This document shows, in pieces, positions 1-10,770 of a stretch of DNA of 64,000 nucleotides. The first letter of the stretch is position 1. Each line of letters starts with the position of its first letter. Origin of the DNA: Candidatus Poribacteria bacterium (GTDB taxonomy: Bacteria > Poribacteria > WGA-4E > PCPOR2b); the NCBI GenBank assembly GCA_965116925.1, contig OZ220744.1:3104001-3168000 (forward strand), written 5' to 3'. The position numbers and the translations under genes were made by a program. Under the pieces are notes generated by a model. That model was not told where the DNA came from, ran no database searches, and was given only the letters and a program-made list of their open reading frames with translations.

Positions 1-2
1 AC

Positions 3-569
3 CCGCTGTTGGAGTGGGGACCAAAGATGGCTCCGTTCTTCGCCAAACCGGTTGTCGTAGACGCGATGGCAGAGGTTTTTCAGGACGACGTGCGCCTTGC
101 ACACAGCGGCGCCGCTGTCTTTAACAACGAACTCGTTGAAGAAACTCTCACCCACTGGCATATCCACTACGCATGGGAGATTTCCCCGACAGGGCTTCAG
201 CGAGAGAATCCAGAGCGGGTGCTCTGCAATATCTACGTGGACGGATCCAGCTCCCACATCGGACCGCTCATCGTCCTTCCACGTGGTCTCAACGATTCGG
301 TCGATCCAAAAGGCGATGTTGGGGAAAAATGGGAAGGACAGGTGGAGGTCGCAGTGCCGCCCGGGTCAGCGGTCATCTTTGACACCGCCGTATGGCACTG
401 CTCCAAGCGAGGCAGCTCCGCTGAACTAAGGCACCTGTGGGGTGGACATTATCAGGGGTGGAGCAACCCGACGCCACATCCGGAGGATAACACCGCCGAA
501 AACCCAACCGTTGCTGCCTTCAAAGCGGAAATACCAGTACTGCGAGGACTATTAGACGGTCCCAAGTAG
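3..569 (+). CDS. Phytanoyl-CoA dioxygenase (PhyH)-family Fe(II)/2OG oxygenase, 5' truncated by window edge
   Basis: Frame open to window edge; WHIH, IYVD...GPLIVLP and PPGSAVIFDTAVWH motifs typical of the PhyH fold. Confidence 0.7.
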   Translation, partial: PLLEWGPKMAPFFAKPVVVDAMAEVFQDDVRLAHSGAAVFNNELVEETLTHWHIHYAWEISPTGLQRENPERVLCNIYVDGSSSHIGPLIVLPRGLNDSVDPKGDVGEKWEGQVEVAVPPGSAVIFDTAVWHCSKRGSSAELRHLWGGHYQGWSNPTPHPEDNTAENPTVAAFKAEIPVLRGLLDGPK

Positions 570-621
570 TTGAATTTTGGATTCATCAACTCAAGTTGCT
601 CGGTTCTGTTGCCACTTGACA

Positions 622-725
622 GTCCGTAGGTTGGGTTGAACGGTTAAACGCCAATCCCTATCAACTACAATAGAGGCTTGGCTGTCCAACAACACTTGCT
701 TATAGAAGATAGAGTGAAACCCAAC
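622..725. repeat. Long-loop GTAG-REP repeat family G (copies 622-725, 2383-2487, 41202-41306, 59346-59444; reverse partial near 9410-9470; short form 27915-27951)
   Basis: GTAGGTTGGGTTGAA...GAAACCCAAC arms around a conserved ~70-nt spacer, seen repeatedly. Confidence 0.8.
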
Positions 726-1278
726 AAAGTTTTTCTTTTGTACCACGATCTGTTAGATTGTGATCCGAGCACGCAAATTAACAGTTCGCGCTACATTTGC
801 TAGGTTACCCCATGATTACAGCCTTTCGCTCCAGAGGAGCGATATGTCTATAGAATGCTTTGATGTCAAGGCAGAACGTTGGAATTGTAGGGCAATCGCA
901 TGTAAATATTGTGTAGGATTTACCCCCTTGAATTGCGAAAATCATTTCCTATTTCATATCGTGGGTACAGATTGCCAATCTGTACGTGCCCCAAGGCAGC
1001 ACATCTGCACTACAAAAGGGATTTACCGAGTGTTCTTATTGCTCAAGCACCGTATTCCTATAACAGATGCGATTGCCCTATTGGAATTGTCTTCAACAAT
1101 GGGGTAGCACTTTTTTCTCTCCCTTGCTATACTATTGGTATATTGAGTTCGGGTGGCGGGATGAATCCCCGAATGGGGATCTAGATTTACCATACCGACC
1201 GAACAACGCCAAAAGCAAAATCCACCCCAAAAATAGATAATCGCCTGACCATACCCTATGTGAAAACTGGAGGCAGCC

Positions 1279-2346
1279 ATGAAAGCAGCGGTCTTTTACG
1301 AACCCAACGCTCCGGTCTCTATTGAGGAGCTCGAAATCCAACCCCCGCAAGCGGGTGAAGTGTTGCTCGACATCGTTGGCGCAGGTGTTTGCCACAGCGA
1401 CTACCACTATGTGGATGGTCACGTCAAGCGTGAGCCAACCCCGTGGGTCATGGGACACGAAGGCGCGGGCATCGTCCGAGAGGTCGGTCCCGGTGTGACC
1501 AGCGTTGCGCCCGGGGACAAAATTATCCTTTCTCTTGATGCCATGTGTGGTTACTGTCGTAACTGCAGCAACGGTAGTCCCGCGCTGTGTGAGACGCATA
1601 TCCCCGGTGCCGTAAGCCGCATGACAAGAAACGGCGAGCCGGTCTACCACAGTAGACCAACCTTTGTTGAACAGACCATTGCCCATGTCGATGCCTGTGT
1701 CAAAGTTCCGGACGACACACCATTAGAAAAGACCTGTCTCATCAGCTGTGCAGTCATTACTGGCATCGGTGCTGTCGTCAATCGTGCGAAGGTCGAAGCC
1801 GGTGCTACGATGGCGGTGTTCGGTTGTGGCGGCGTCGGATTGAACGCCATCCAAGGCGGTGTCCTCGCTTCGGCAGGCAAAATCATCGCAGTTGACAGGG
1901 TCCCATATAAGCTGGAGTTGGCTGAGCAGATGGGGGCGACACATTTCGTTAACGCTTCGACGGAAGATCCCGTCCAGCGGATTAAAGAGATCACCGGCGG
2001 AGGTGCCGACTACGCCTTCGAGGTCGTCGGATTCCCAGTGCTAGCTCGACAAGCAATCGACTCAGTCCGTACCACTGGAACTGCTGTCGTCGTTGGGGTG
2101 CAGCCCACAGACGAGGAAATTTCGGTTGAAGGATGGCATCTACTACTCGACCGGACGCTGATGGGCGCTTTCCACGGTGCTGCCCGGGCGCGTGTTGACT
2201 TTCTCTGGATCCTCGATCTGTACAACCAAGGGAAGATCAAGCTCGACGAACTCATCTCGCGCTACCGTCCATTGGACGAACTCAACGAAGCCTTCGACGA
2301 TATGAATCAAGGGAGGGTCGCACGGACGGTGCTGGTCTTTGATTGA
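1279..2346 (+). CDS. Zn-dependent alcohol dehydrogenase (MDR, class III-like)
   Basis: GVCHSD, GHEGAG, structural CxxCxxC-x7-C, GCGGVG Rossmann motif; GGAGG RBS. Confidence 0.92.
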   Translation: MKAAVFYEPNAPVSIEELEIQPPQAGEVLLDIVGAGVCHSDYHYVDGHVKREPTPWVMGHEGAGIVREVGPGVTSVAPGDKIILSLDAMCGYCRNCSNGSPALCETHIPGAVSRMTRNGEPVYHSRPTFVEQTIAHVDACVKVPDDTPLEKTCLISCAVITGIGAVVNRAKVEAGATMAVFGCGGVGLNAIQGGVLASAGKIIAVDRVPYKLELAEQMGATHFVNASTEDPVQRIKEITGGGADYAFEVVGFPVLARQAIDSVRTTGTAVVVGVQPTDEEISVEGWHLLLDRTLMGAFHGAARARVDFLWILDLYNQGKIKLDELISRYRPLDELNEAFDDMNQGRVARTVLVFD

Positions 2347-2709
2347 GAGGGTTATAAACACGGTCAATCTCCTTGACGGAGAGTCCGTAGGTTGGGTTGA
2401 ACGGTTAAACGCCAATCCCTATCAACGACAAGAGAGGCTTAGGCGTTCAACAACACTGTTGTTGATACACAGACAGAGAAACCCAACTCCGTTTGTCATC
2501 GGAAAATCTCCTGTTCAAAAGCCTATTTCATAAAAGGAATCTTCTGTACCACAATCTGTTAGATTGTGATCTCAGCTCGCACAACTAGCAACTTGCGTCA
2601 TTTCTTAACATGAGCCAAACAGTTAATCCATTCAACCCCATGCCCCCTCGATTCTGCGGTGGCCTGGCTCCTCCTAAAAAATTCTAAACACCAAGGAGAG
2701 CGACAAACT

Positions 2710-3678
2710 ATGAAACGCTTGATGAAACGCGAAGGACAATTCAATTTTGTACTTGAGGAGGCACCAATCCCTTCAGTGGGACCGCAGCAGGTGCTTGTCC
2801 GCAACAAGGTCACGCTCATCAGTCGTGGCTCCGAAATCGGTGGTCGGTACACCAATGAGGGCATTGTAGCCCACAGCTCCATGGGCTACTCCGCCGCAGG
2901 CGTCGTTGAATCGGTCGGTGCTGAGGTCACGGGAGTCTCACCGGGGGACAGAGTCATGGCGAGCGCCCCACACGCCGAGTATGTCGTTGCCGATGCCGAA
3001 CCGGGCGCAGGGGTTCGACCCTTACCCAACGAATTGACGTTTGAGGACGCAACTTTTTGGCCCCTTACGACTAGCGCCGTTATGTGGTCTTGGGCTTCGG
3101 GGATAAAACCGGGCGATACCCTTGTCATCCTCGGCGGCGGACTCATCGGTAACCTCTGTATGCAAGTCATGCGGATGATGGGCCCGCAGAGGATTATCGT
3201 TGTTGAAGGGATTCCCGTACGCTGTGAAATCGCGAGAAAACTGGGAGCCGACGAAGTTATTAACTTCAACGAGGAAGACCCTATCGAAGCTATCAAGCGT
3301 CTGACGGACGACGCTGGAGCGGATGTGGTCATCGAAGCGGTCGGGGGACCCGCTGGGGTGTTGGCATTTTCTCAAGCCCAAGATATGACACGGGCAGGTG
3401 GAACAATTTTTCTGATAGGCCTCTACCACAAAGAACCCCTCCAGCTTGATGTCCACAAGGTAATGAACAAGAAAATCCTTGGTGCTGCACATCTCCCCTA
3501 CCGACGGGTTGAAGCCTCAAAGGTGGCACTTGGACTGCTGCTCGGTGGGCAGGTTCGACCCCAGGAGATGATAACACATCGACTCGACGGAAAAACGGAA
3601 GCGGTCGAAGCCTTCAGATTGCTCTATGAACGGCTCGACGAAACGATGTGTGTCACGTTGCGGTGGGATGACGATTAG
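2710..3678 (+). CDS. MDR-family dehydrogenase lacking canonical Zn ligands (paralog of 60011-60976)
   Basis: TLISRGSE, MGYS, GGGLIG; AGGAG RBS before ATG 2710. Confidence 0.85.
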   Translation: MKRLMKREGQFNFVLEEAPIPSVGPQQVLVRNKVTLISRGSEIGGRYTNEGIVAHSSMGYSAAGVVESVGAEVTGVSPGDRVMASAPHAEYVVADAEPGAGVRPLPNELTFEDATFWPLTTSAVMWSWASGIKPGDTLVILGGGLIGNLCMQVMRMMGPQRIIVVEGIPVRCEIARKLGADEVINFNEEDPIEAIKRLTDDAGADVVIEAVGGPAGVLAFSQAQDMTRAGGTIFLIGLYHKEPLQLDVHKVMNKKILGAAHLPYRRVEASKVALGLLLGGQVRPQEMITHRLDGKTEAVEAFRLLYERLDETMCVTLRWDDD

Positions 3679-3688
3679 AATGTCCTTA

Positions 3689-5626
3689 CTACGGAAAGAA
3701 TTCATACACCTCCGTGTTGAGAAGAATACTTAAAATACTCCCGATACTGCCAGCTATACAGTCTCCCAACGCCATCCCCAAAAAGAAAGGAATCGCGCGT
3801 TGATACGCACGAAGCCCTCCATAACGCAGGATAATCAGCTTGGCGACCCAAACGACAAAGAGACAGCACCACAGATTATACATCCCCCAACTATTTGCCA
3901 TCGCATAGCCAAGTGGGTGAAGCGACCACCATAAAAAACGTGCTCGCAAAAACATCAACAACCCCGCCACTCCCAGTCCGCCCCCCGTGAAGGCAAGTGC
4001 GGGCCCATCGTACCCTTGGGGAAAACTCAGCCAATTCTCAAGTACACCGTAAGCGTGCCGCCCGAACCCCAATGTGCTGGGCCAGAAGTAGCCGGATGCT
4101 GCACCGTGTCGATAGTAGATTTCTAACAGCAGCCAGAAGGTAACCGCCGATCCAATGACCGTTGCGAGCAGAATGGCAACCGCCATATTACGAAGGCTAA
4201 TATTCCGCAGGGACGATATCTTGAAGGCTTCGAGGGGTTCCGGCATCGGATTCGCCCAGTTGGTGCGGGTGAAAAAGTGGTACAGCGCGAAGATGGTCAG
4301 CGTGCCCTTACCGAGTCGGCGTGTGCCAAAACCGTTAATAATCATGGTGTGTGGTGTGATGCCGATCATATCGTGTACCATAAAACCTAACTCGGCACGG
4401 ACCCTGGCAACCATTATCCCCAACAGGAAATAGGTCCCGAAAAAAATGGGGATCACCCACAACGACATCCCCGCTTTGTAGGAAAAAACCGTCAAGAAGA
4501 TCATACCGATGACGATGCCTCCAACGGCAAGACGGTACGGCATCGGTTCACGGGAGTCATCCAGTTGCGACGCAGATCCACGCGATCTCAACAGATGACG
4601 CACTAACCCTTTGAAATGTAATCTCCCCCTCCAAAGTACAAATGCTAATATCGCCATATATGCACCGAACGCCTGTTCACTTGCATAAGGGAAACGTGGG
4701 AGATTTCGCCAACCCATTATGCCACCGACCATCAACTCAATCTTGTAAATCCAGAAAAACGCCCAACATGAAAACAGCAGTTCGAGCGGTATGAGGAAGC
4801 TGATTCCGATGACGAAAGGATAGAAAGAGATGCGTACCCCACCCATTGCGTTCCAAGGACGATGGGTAAAATACTGATGGATATCCTGACGTTTGATGGG
4901 GATATAGGGAATGGAAGGGTAGAGTGAGTTCAGAATATTCACCGTCACAATCACCGAGATGATCCCGAAACCGAGCCACATCAGCCTGTTTTTGAAGAAT
5001 CTCGATTGCGGATGAGCCATTTCGAGTGGGAGTTGGATGATTGGATAGGTCAACCGTTCCCGTTCCGCCCACTGCACCCGCAATAGCGTGTTGATGCACA
5101 CCATCACAATCATCATCACCAAGATGAACAGGATCCATGCAAGGACAGGAAGAAGCCATGCGTTAAAAATGTGCCTGTTGTAGAGACTCGAATCGCCTTC
5201 ATAGTAACCCGTCAGTGCTTTTTCGTCGGAGACGGTGAGCCATTGGGGGAGTTGCTTGAAAAACAGTTGTTGCCACTCATTTTCGATCGTTGCGAACTGA
5301 AACGGATGTCCCATCAGTGGAATCAGGACTTCTATGCAGTCATACGAGCAGAGACAGGAGACAATACACAGCATGACATAGGTAGTCAACAACTCTTGCT
5401 GGGAGAGGTCGAGTATGGGCGAAATTTTGCTGAGTATGTACTGAATCAGAATCAGCCAAAAGAAGATAAAAATCACATTTGCGAACGGATGGATAATCGT
5501 TGGACAGGTATGGCGAACGACTTCCAGCTGGATAACCCAAGCAACATTAATTGGAGTAAGCAGCAGCGTGGTCAAGAGGGACTTGAGCGTTAAGCCACTT
5601 TTGGGGGTGTCAGAGGTATCTTTCAA
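3689..5626 (-). CDS. Polytopic membrane protein, DUF6785/DUF6784 type (OPT-like putative transporter)
   Basis: 645 aa, many hydrophobic helices; QWAERERLTYPI, RVRAELG, WWSLHPLGY and PFFLGMALGD motifs. Confidence 0.7.
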   Translation of the reverse strand: MKDTSDTPKSGLTLKSLLTTLLLTPINVAWVIQLEVVRHTCPTIIHPFANVIFIFFWLILIQYILSKISPILDLSQQELLTTYVMLCIVSCLCSYDCIEVLIPLMGHPFQFATIENEWQQLFFKQLPQWLTVSDEKALTGYYEGDSSLYNRHIFNAWLLPVLAWILFILVMMIVMVCINTLLRVQWAERERLTYPIIQLPLEMAHPQSRFFKNRLMWLGFGIISVIVTVNILNSLYPSIPYIPIKRQDIHQYFTHRPWNAMGGVRISFYPFVIGISFLIPLELLFSCWAFFWIYKIELMVGGIMGWRNLPRFPYASEQAFGAYMAILAFVLWRGRLHFKGLVRHLLRSRGSASQLDDSREPMPYRLAVGGIVIGMIFLTVFSYKAGMSLWVIPIFFGTYFLLGIMVARVRAELGFMVHDMIGITPHTMIINGFGTRRLGKGTLTIFALYHFFTRTNWANPMPEPLEAFKISSLRNISLRNMAVAILLATVIGSAVTFWLLLEIYYRHGAASGYFWPSTLGFGRHAYGVLENWLSFPQGYDGPALAFTGGGLGVAGLLMFLRARFLWWSLHPLGYAMANSWGMYNLWCCLFVVWVAKLIILRYGGLRAYQRAIPFFLGMALGDCIAGSIGSILSILLNTEVYEFFP

Positions 5627-5731
5627 TTGTCGCCTCTACGGTACGAGAACGCCGGACTGGATACTATGTATGCAGCCGGAACTTACACAGGAAGGTAATA
5701 GACTCGGAGAAATGAGGCATATATGCAATAC

Positions 5732-5834
5732 TATAGTGAATTCAAAAGATAAAGAAACACTTGCGCTCCCCCGGTAGGTGCGGTTTGTAACCGCACCGGT
5801 TTGGCGTGTCCCATTAATTCTAAAATCTACTATA
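5732..5834. mobile_element. MITE family A (IS630-type ends, TA termini, internal GTAG REP)
   Basis: TATAGTGAATTC...AAATCTACTATA ends; internal GTAGGTGCGGTTTGTAACCGCACC. Confidence 0.8.
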
Positions 5835-5937
5835 AATTCGATCCTTGACTTTAACGCTTTGTTATACTAAAATCATCAAGTATTTTACCTGATTTCTGGA
5901 TAAGATTCAACTGCGACTTATCCGAAATAGGGGCATT

Positions 5938-6847
5938 TATGGTAGATAATATAAATAAGTGAACATTATTTAGAAATGTGTTACGATATAAGTATTATGA
6001 GATATTCACCCGATTTACGCAAACGCGTCCTTGATTTCATACAAGCCGGCGGCAGCAAAACAGAAGCCGCTAAACGGTTTAACGTCGGACGGACCACTAT
6101 CTATAAGTGGCTAAACGCCCCGGATCCATTCGCTTATCAACGCCCCGGTCCCCGAGGGCCCCGGTCTATTGATTATGATGCGCTGAAACAACATGTTGCT
6201 GATTTTCCAGACCAGACCCTCAAAGAACGCGCCGTTCATTTTGGAGTGTCGACCTTCTGTATAGGGTATAGCCTCAAACGGCTAGGGTACACGCGAAAAA
6301 AAAAGACCCTCGGTTATAAGGAGCGGTGCGATGAAAAACGACACGCCTATCGTCAACAACTCGAACAAGTCAAAATCGTTGGTAAATCCGTAGTTTATGC
6401 CGATGAGAGTGGCTTTCGAGACGACGGTTATAGACGGTATGGCTATGCGCCTTTAGGCACACCCGTGTTTGACCTTATATCCAGTCAACGCACTCGGACC
6501 ACCACACTTATTGCCGCACGTTTTGAAGATACCTTCACTGCGGCACGGTTATTTGAAGGCAGTTGCAAAGCCAACGATTTCAATGATTGGTTAGCCGGGC
6601 AGTTATGTCCACGCTTGACTTCAAAACACGTCGTAATCCTTGATAATGCACGACTTCACAAAACGCCAAAGACCCGACAGTTAATAGAGGCTTCAGGGGC
6701 GAGTCTGATGTTTTTACCCCCTTATTCCCCGGATTACAATCCGATTGAACACGATTTTGCTAATATAAAGCGAATCCAACAATATCAAACAGAAATGTCT
6801 ATTGAGGATATTATTCAAATGTATCAGTAATTCTATCATCTACCATA
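5938..6847 (+). mobile_element. IS630-family insertion sequence, apparently intact
   Basis: Imperfect TIRs TATGGTAGATAATATAAAT / TATGGTAGATGATAGAATT (right end read on minus strand), TA at both ends, single transposase ORF. Confidence 0.9.
5997..6830 (+). CDS. IS630-family DDE transposase
   Basis: N-terminal HTH (YSPDLRKRVL), ADESG, LDNA, LPPYSPDYNPIE catalytic motifs. Confidence 0.93.
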   Translation: MRYSPDLRKRVLDFIQAGGSKTEAAKRFNVGRTTIYKWLNAPDPFAYQRPGPRGPRSIDYDALKQHVADFPDQTLKERAVHFGVSTFCIGYSLKRLGYTRKKKTLGYKERCDEKRHAYRQQLEQVKIVGKSVVYADESGFRDDGYRRYGYAPLGTPVFDLISSQRTRTTTLIAARFEDTFTAARLFEGSCKANDFNDWLAGQLCPRLTSKHVVILDNARLHKTPKTRQLIEASGASLMFLPPYSPDYNPIEHDFANIKRIQQYQTEMSIEDIIQMYQ

Positions 6848-6940
6848 GTTTTTGGTTTTTTTACTGATTTTGGAACGACCCGTAGGCGGGGCATCTTGCC
6901 CCACCGTTGCGTTCACCAAGACATCGAGCTACGGAAGAAT

Positions 6941-7046
6941 TATAGTGAATTCTAAAAATAAATAGACACTTTCGCCCCTCACCTGGTAGGCGCTGTTTCC
7001 AACTGCGCCGATTTGGAGTGTTTCATTAATTCTGAGATCTACTATA
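6941..7046. mobile_element. MITE family A copy
   Basis: Same TA-bounded ends and internal REP. Confidence 0.8.
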
Positions 7047-7094
7047 AATGACCCTATATGCGAAAAACATGGGACGTTAGGGAGGCAGACAAGG

Positions 7095-7955
7095 ATGAAA
7101 CTCGGCGTTATTACCAACGGGATCAGCAGGGACCTTGAGTACGCATTGCAGGCGATGAATAAAGCAGGGCTCAAATATGCCGAACTCCAGTTCCTTTGGG
7201 ACAAGGAGATCGGAGACCAAACCCAAGAAGAGATCCAAAAAATAAAGGATTTGGTTGCACAATATCAAGTAGAGGTCTCTTGTATTTCACGGCACAATTT
7301 CGCCGGACTGCCCATAATGGAAATTGAGCCGGAGGATGCTATCTATCAGGAACATATAGCGGGGCTCCAACGGTGCATCCATATCGCCCAAGCGTTGGGA
7401 ACCCATCTGGTCAGAATCATGAGTTACAGGAAAGAGATGATTATTTTTGGCGCGAATGGTGCCGAGGAGTGGATTGCCAGCACAGGTGCTTGGGATCGGC
7501 TGCTCAAGCTCATGGAAACCCCGATAAAGTTAGCCGAAGAAGAAGGCGTGACCCTCGTTGTTGAAACCGGAAACAATGCGATGATAACATCGGGCGTTCT
7601 AGCGAAGAAACTGATCGACGATCTCGGAAGCGAGCATCTTAAAATCCTGTGGGATATCCCCAATAGCATGTACTGTACAGAAGTACCCTATCCCGACGCC
7701 TACGAACAGATTAAAGATGAAATCGCTCATATCCATCTCAAAGATTGCCAAGCTGACATATCACGTGCAACAGTTCGCTTCTGCCGGCTAGGTGAAGGGA
7801 ATGTCGCCCCATACCTTGAAGGGATCGCCAACGCGCTCGTGCGCGACAACTATCAGGGGAGCATCTCCCTCGAAAGCGTCTACCGACCGGATAACGGGAC
7901 ATTTGAGGATGGATTTTGGGAATGCCTACCCGAATTCAAACGACTTTTTTCATAA
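7095..7955 (+). CDS. Sugar phosphate isomerase/epimerase (xylose-isomerase-like TIM barrel)
   Basis: LVVET, LWDIPN, HIHLKD, ISLE metal motifs. Confidence 0.85.
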   Translation: MKLGVITNGISRDLEYALQAMNKAGLKYAELQFLWDKEIGDQTQEEIQKIKDLVAQYQVEVSCISRHNFAGLPIMEIEPEDAIYQEHIAGLQRCIHIAQALGTHLVRIMSYRKEMIIFGANGAEEWIASTGAWDRLLKLMETPIKLAEEEGVTLVVETGNNAMITSGVLAKKLIDDLGSEHLKILWDIPNSMYCTEVPYPDAYEQIKDEIAHIHLKDCQADISRATVRFCRLGEGNVAPYLEGIANALVRDNYQGSISLESVYRPDNGTFEDGFWECLPEFKRLFS

Positions 7956-8188
7956 AGTAGTAGGCACACGCCGTATGCCGTAACCAAAGTAGTAGGCATA
8001 CTCCGTATGCCGTAACACTATAAATAACGACATGACAAGCGAAGGGACAGGAAAACGAGAAGACCAGAAAACGGAGGATTGACCCGTAGGGGTTGGGTTC
8101 CCCAACCCATCGGGGCGACTAAGGTAGTAAGCACACTCCGTATGCCGTAACCAAAGTAGTAAGCATACGCCGTATGTCGTAACCAAAG
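7955..8188. repeat. Cluster of short GTAG-type palindromic repeats (GTAGTAGGCATACTCCGTATGCCGTAAC family)
   Basis: About four to five copies of a ~32-bp unit plus one GTAGGGGTTGGG..CCCAACCC REP. Confidence 0.8.
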
Positions 8189-8226
8189 TCATAGACACGC
8201 TCCGTCTCGAAGGACAGAGGTAAAAA

Positions 8227-9297
8227 ATGAAGTCCTATAACGTAGGTATCCTCGGTAACTGTTGCACACACGGCGCAGGCATCTGTAACATATTCAAGAG
8301 CAGATCCGACACCCGTGTTATTGCTGCATACGAAGAAAATCCACGTCGTGCAGAAGAATTACGAGGAATCTTCGGTGCACCGCTATCAAGTTCTTATGAA
8401 GCGGTCATCAATCACCCGGAGGTGGATTTCGTTGCGGTAACCTGCGACCCGTGTGACAAGGCGGATATGGTTGAATCTGCCGCTGCTGCGGGCAAACACA
8501 TTTTTCTTAACAAACCGCTCTGTGAAAGCTTGGACAGTGCACACCGCATCGCTAAAGCTGTCAAAACCCACAACGTCCATTTCGTCCACGACATCCCAAT
8601 GGTACGTTTTATACCAGCCTACGCGAGGCTGCTGGAAGAGGTACAGGCGGGGGTACACGGGGCGGTGATGGGTTATCATCATCTCTTTGGGATGAATTTT
8701 CCGACCGATTTTGATCTGGCGGCTGCATGGCCCGAACGGCTTGACCCACCCCAGAAGTCCGGCGGCGGCGAGATGACCAATATGGGCTGCTATGCCATCG
8801 ACTATGCGGTTTCACTGTTCGGCCGTCCAAAGACCGTCACCGCAAAGTGGCGAAAACTGTGGGACGTTTACGCAGAAGCCGACGTTGAGAACTTCGGGCA
8901 GATTGTTCTTGACTATGGCGATTTTTTCGCTTTTCTTGAGGTGGGTAAACAACAGTTGGTCAAAGACCGTCGTCATAGCAATTCGATGACCATTAACTTT
9001 GAGGGTCAGACGATGTTTATCGACGCGAGCGCACAGGTTGTTACAATCAACCATGTCCCCCAAGATTACGGTCAGTTTATCGAGGGAGCAACTGTCCTCG
9101 GTTCGGTGGAGCAGCTAATTGACGCAATCGAAAACGGTACGCGTCCTACAAGCAACATCGAAACCGCTCTCATCGCTGTTGAAACGTTGATGGCGGCTTA
9201 CCAGTCGGTTCTTGAGGAGCAAACCGTAGCACTGCCGCTATCGTCTGGCGAAAACCCGTTAGTTGTCGCGCAACAGAATTTTTCTCAGACCCGGTAG
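8227..9297 (+). CDS. Gfo/Idh/MocA-family oxidoreductase
   Basis: N-terminal Rossmann, GKHIFLNKP (EKP variant), GGGEMTNMGCYAID. Confidence 0.88.
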   Translation: MKSYNVGILGNCCTHGAGICNIFKSRSDTRVIAAYEENPRRAEELRGIFGAPLSSSYEAVINHPEVDFVAVTCDPCDKADMVESAAAAGKHIFLNKPLCESLDSAHRIAKAVKTHNVHFVHDIPMVRFIPAYARLLEEVQAGVHGAVMGYHHLFGMNFPTDFDLAAAWPERLDPPQKSGGGEMTNMGCYAIDYAVSLFGRPKTVTAKWRKLWDVYAEADVENFGQIVLDYGDFFAFLEVGKQQLVKDRRHSNSMTINFEGQTMFIDASAQVVTINHVPQDYGQFIEGATVLGSVEQLIDAIENGTRPTSNIETALIAVETLMAAYQSVLEEQTVALPLSSGENPLVVAQQNFSQTR

Positions 9298-9504
9298 GTA
9301 CGGTTTTCAACCGCACCGGGCATCGCGCGAAAATTACCCAATTAATCTTCATTTAGTTTGCGTGCTCGGATCACAATCTAACAGATCGTGGTACAAAAGA
9401 AAAACTTTGTTGGGTTTTACTCTATCTGTCTATAAGCAGGTGTTGTTGGACGACGGAGTCTCTATTGGATATAAACAATATTTCAAAGAGCAAAGGAGAA
9501 TCAC

Positions 9505-10491
9505 ATGGCAAAAGGAATTTTAGAGCAATTGGCTGACGGCATCGTGCTCGGTGACGGCGGCTACATCGTGGAATTGGAGAGACGCGGCTACGTCGTCGCT
9601 GGCGCGTTCACCCCAGAATTAGCCGTGACCCATCCCGACGCAATTCGGGAGATGCACCGTGAGTTTTTTATGGCAGGTGTGGATGTCCTCCAAGTGATGG
9701 CGTTCTACGGCAGCCGCGAAAAGCTGGAGACGGTCGGCTATGCGGACAGAACGTTTGAGATTAATCGTGCAGCGACCCGCATTGTCAAAGAAGTCGCTGG
9801 CGATCAAGCACTCGTCGCAGGAGATCTGAGCGCGACGTGGAAATGGGAAGCGGACAATCCATCATCGCAGGCTTTAGTCACAGATATGTTTGATGAACAA
9901 ATCGATGCCCAAGAGGGAGTGGACTTCTTCATCGGAGAAACGTTCTGGTATCTCGGTGAGGCGTTGCTGTGCCTTGAACGGCTTAAAGCAAAGACAGATC
10001 TGCCCACGATGATTACCTTAGCGTTTCGTGGCAGCAACCAAACCGACGACGACGTAACAGCGGGAGAATGTGCGAAGCGTCTGACCGACGCAGGGGCGGA
10101 CATTGTGGGTGTCAACTGCATGAGGGATCCCGAACGGACGTACCCCCTCATTGAGGAGATGCGCAACGCCACCGGTGCCTACCTCGCAGCACAACCCGTA
10201 GCGTTTCGATGTTCCGATGAGGTGCCATGGTTCACGGGGACGCCAGCCTTCCCGGACCGCCTTGATCCGACCCAACTCACACGCTACGAGATGGAGGCGT
10301 TCGCGTCCCAAGCGAAGAACATGGGTGTGAACTATATCGGGAGTTGCTGCGGCAGCGGTGCCAGCCATGTCCGCGAGATGGCGCGAGCATTGGACAAGTA
10401 TGACGAACCGGAGGTCTGGCAACCGAATCCCGATGATCCCATGAGTGAAACCGAGTTTAATTGGAAGCGACGGCAGCCGGAGAACGTCTGA
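9505..10491 (+). CDS. Homocysteine S-methyltransferase family (betaine-homocysteine methyltransferase-like)
   Basis: LGDGGY, GVNC and GSCCG Zn-binding motifs; AAAGGAG RBS. Confidence 0.88.
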   Translation: MAKGILEQLADGIVLGDGGYIVELERRGYVVAGAFTPELAVTHPDAIREMHREFFMAGVDVLQVMAFYGSREKLETVGYADRTFEINRAATRIVKEVAGDQALVAGDLSATWKWEADNPSSQALVTDMFDEQIDAQEGVDFFIGETFWYLGEALLCLERLKAKTDLPTMITLAFRGSNQTDDDVTAGECAKRLTDAGADIVGVNCMRDPERTYPLIEEMRNATGAYLAAQPVAFRCSDEVPWFTGTPAFPDRLDPTQLTRYEMEAFASQAKNMGVNYIGSCCGSGASHVREMARALDKYDEPEVWQPNPDDPMSETEFNWKRRQPENV

Positions 10492-10542
10492 TCTGCCGTT
10501 TGGTAGGCACTGTTTCTAACTGCGCCGATGCGGTGCGGTTTT

Positions 10543-10659
10543 ATGAAGTTTAAGTACTTAAATCGGTAATCCCGATTTGCCTCGAAACACACGGTAGGCG
10601 CGGTTGGAAACCGCGCCGGTGTCGATAGCAAATTACCGAACCGTTTTTTTAATCTTCAT
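10543..10659. mobile_element. MITE family B inserted in a REP hairpin loop
   Basis: ATGAAG...CTTCAT ends, inner TCGGTAAT/ATTACCGA IR, central REP; flanks rejoin to GGTGCGGTT-loop-AACCGCACC. Confidence 0.75.
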
Positions 10660-10770
10660 GAAACCGCACCTACTGTTCTCCCGTTTGGTAGGCGCTGTTT
10701 CTAACTGCGCCTATTCGGTGCGGTTGGAAACCGCACCTACCGGGTTGGATTGAATAAGGAGGAAATCATT

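Noticed and set aside
6296..6304. A9 run in IS630 as a programmed frameshift site
   Set aside because: The transposase is already in one continuous frame through the run
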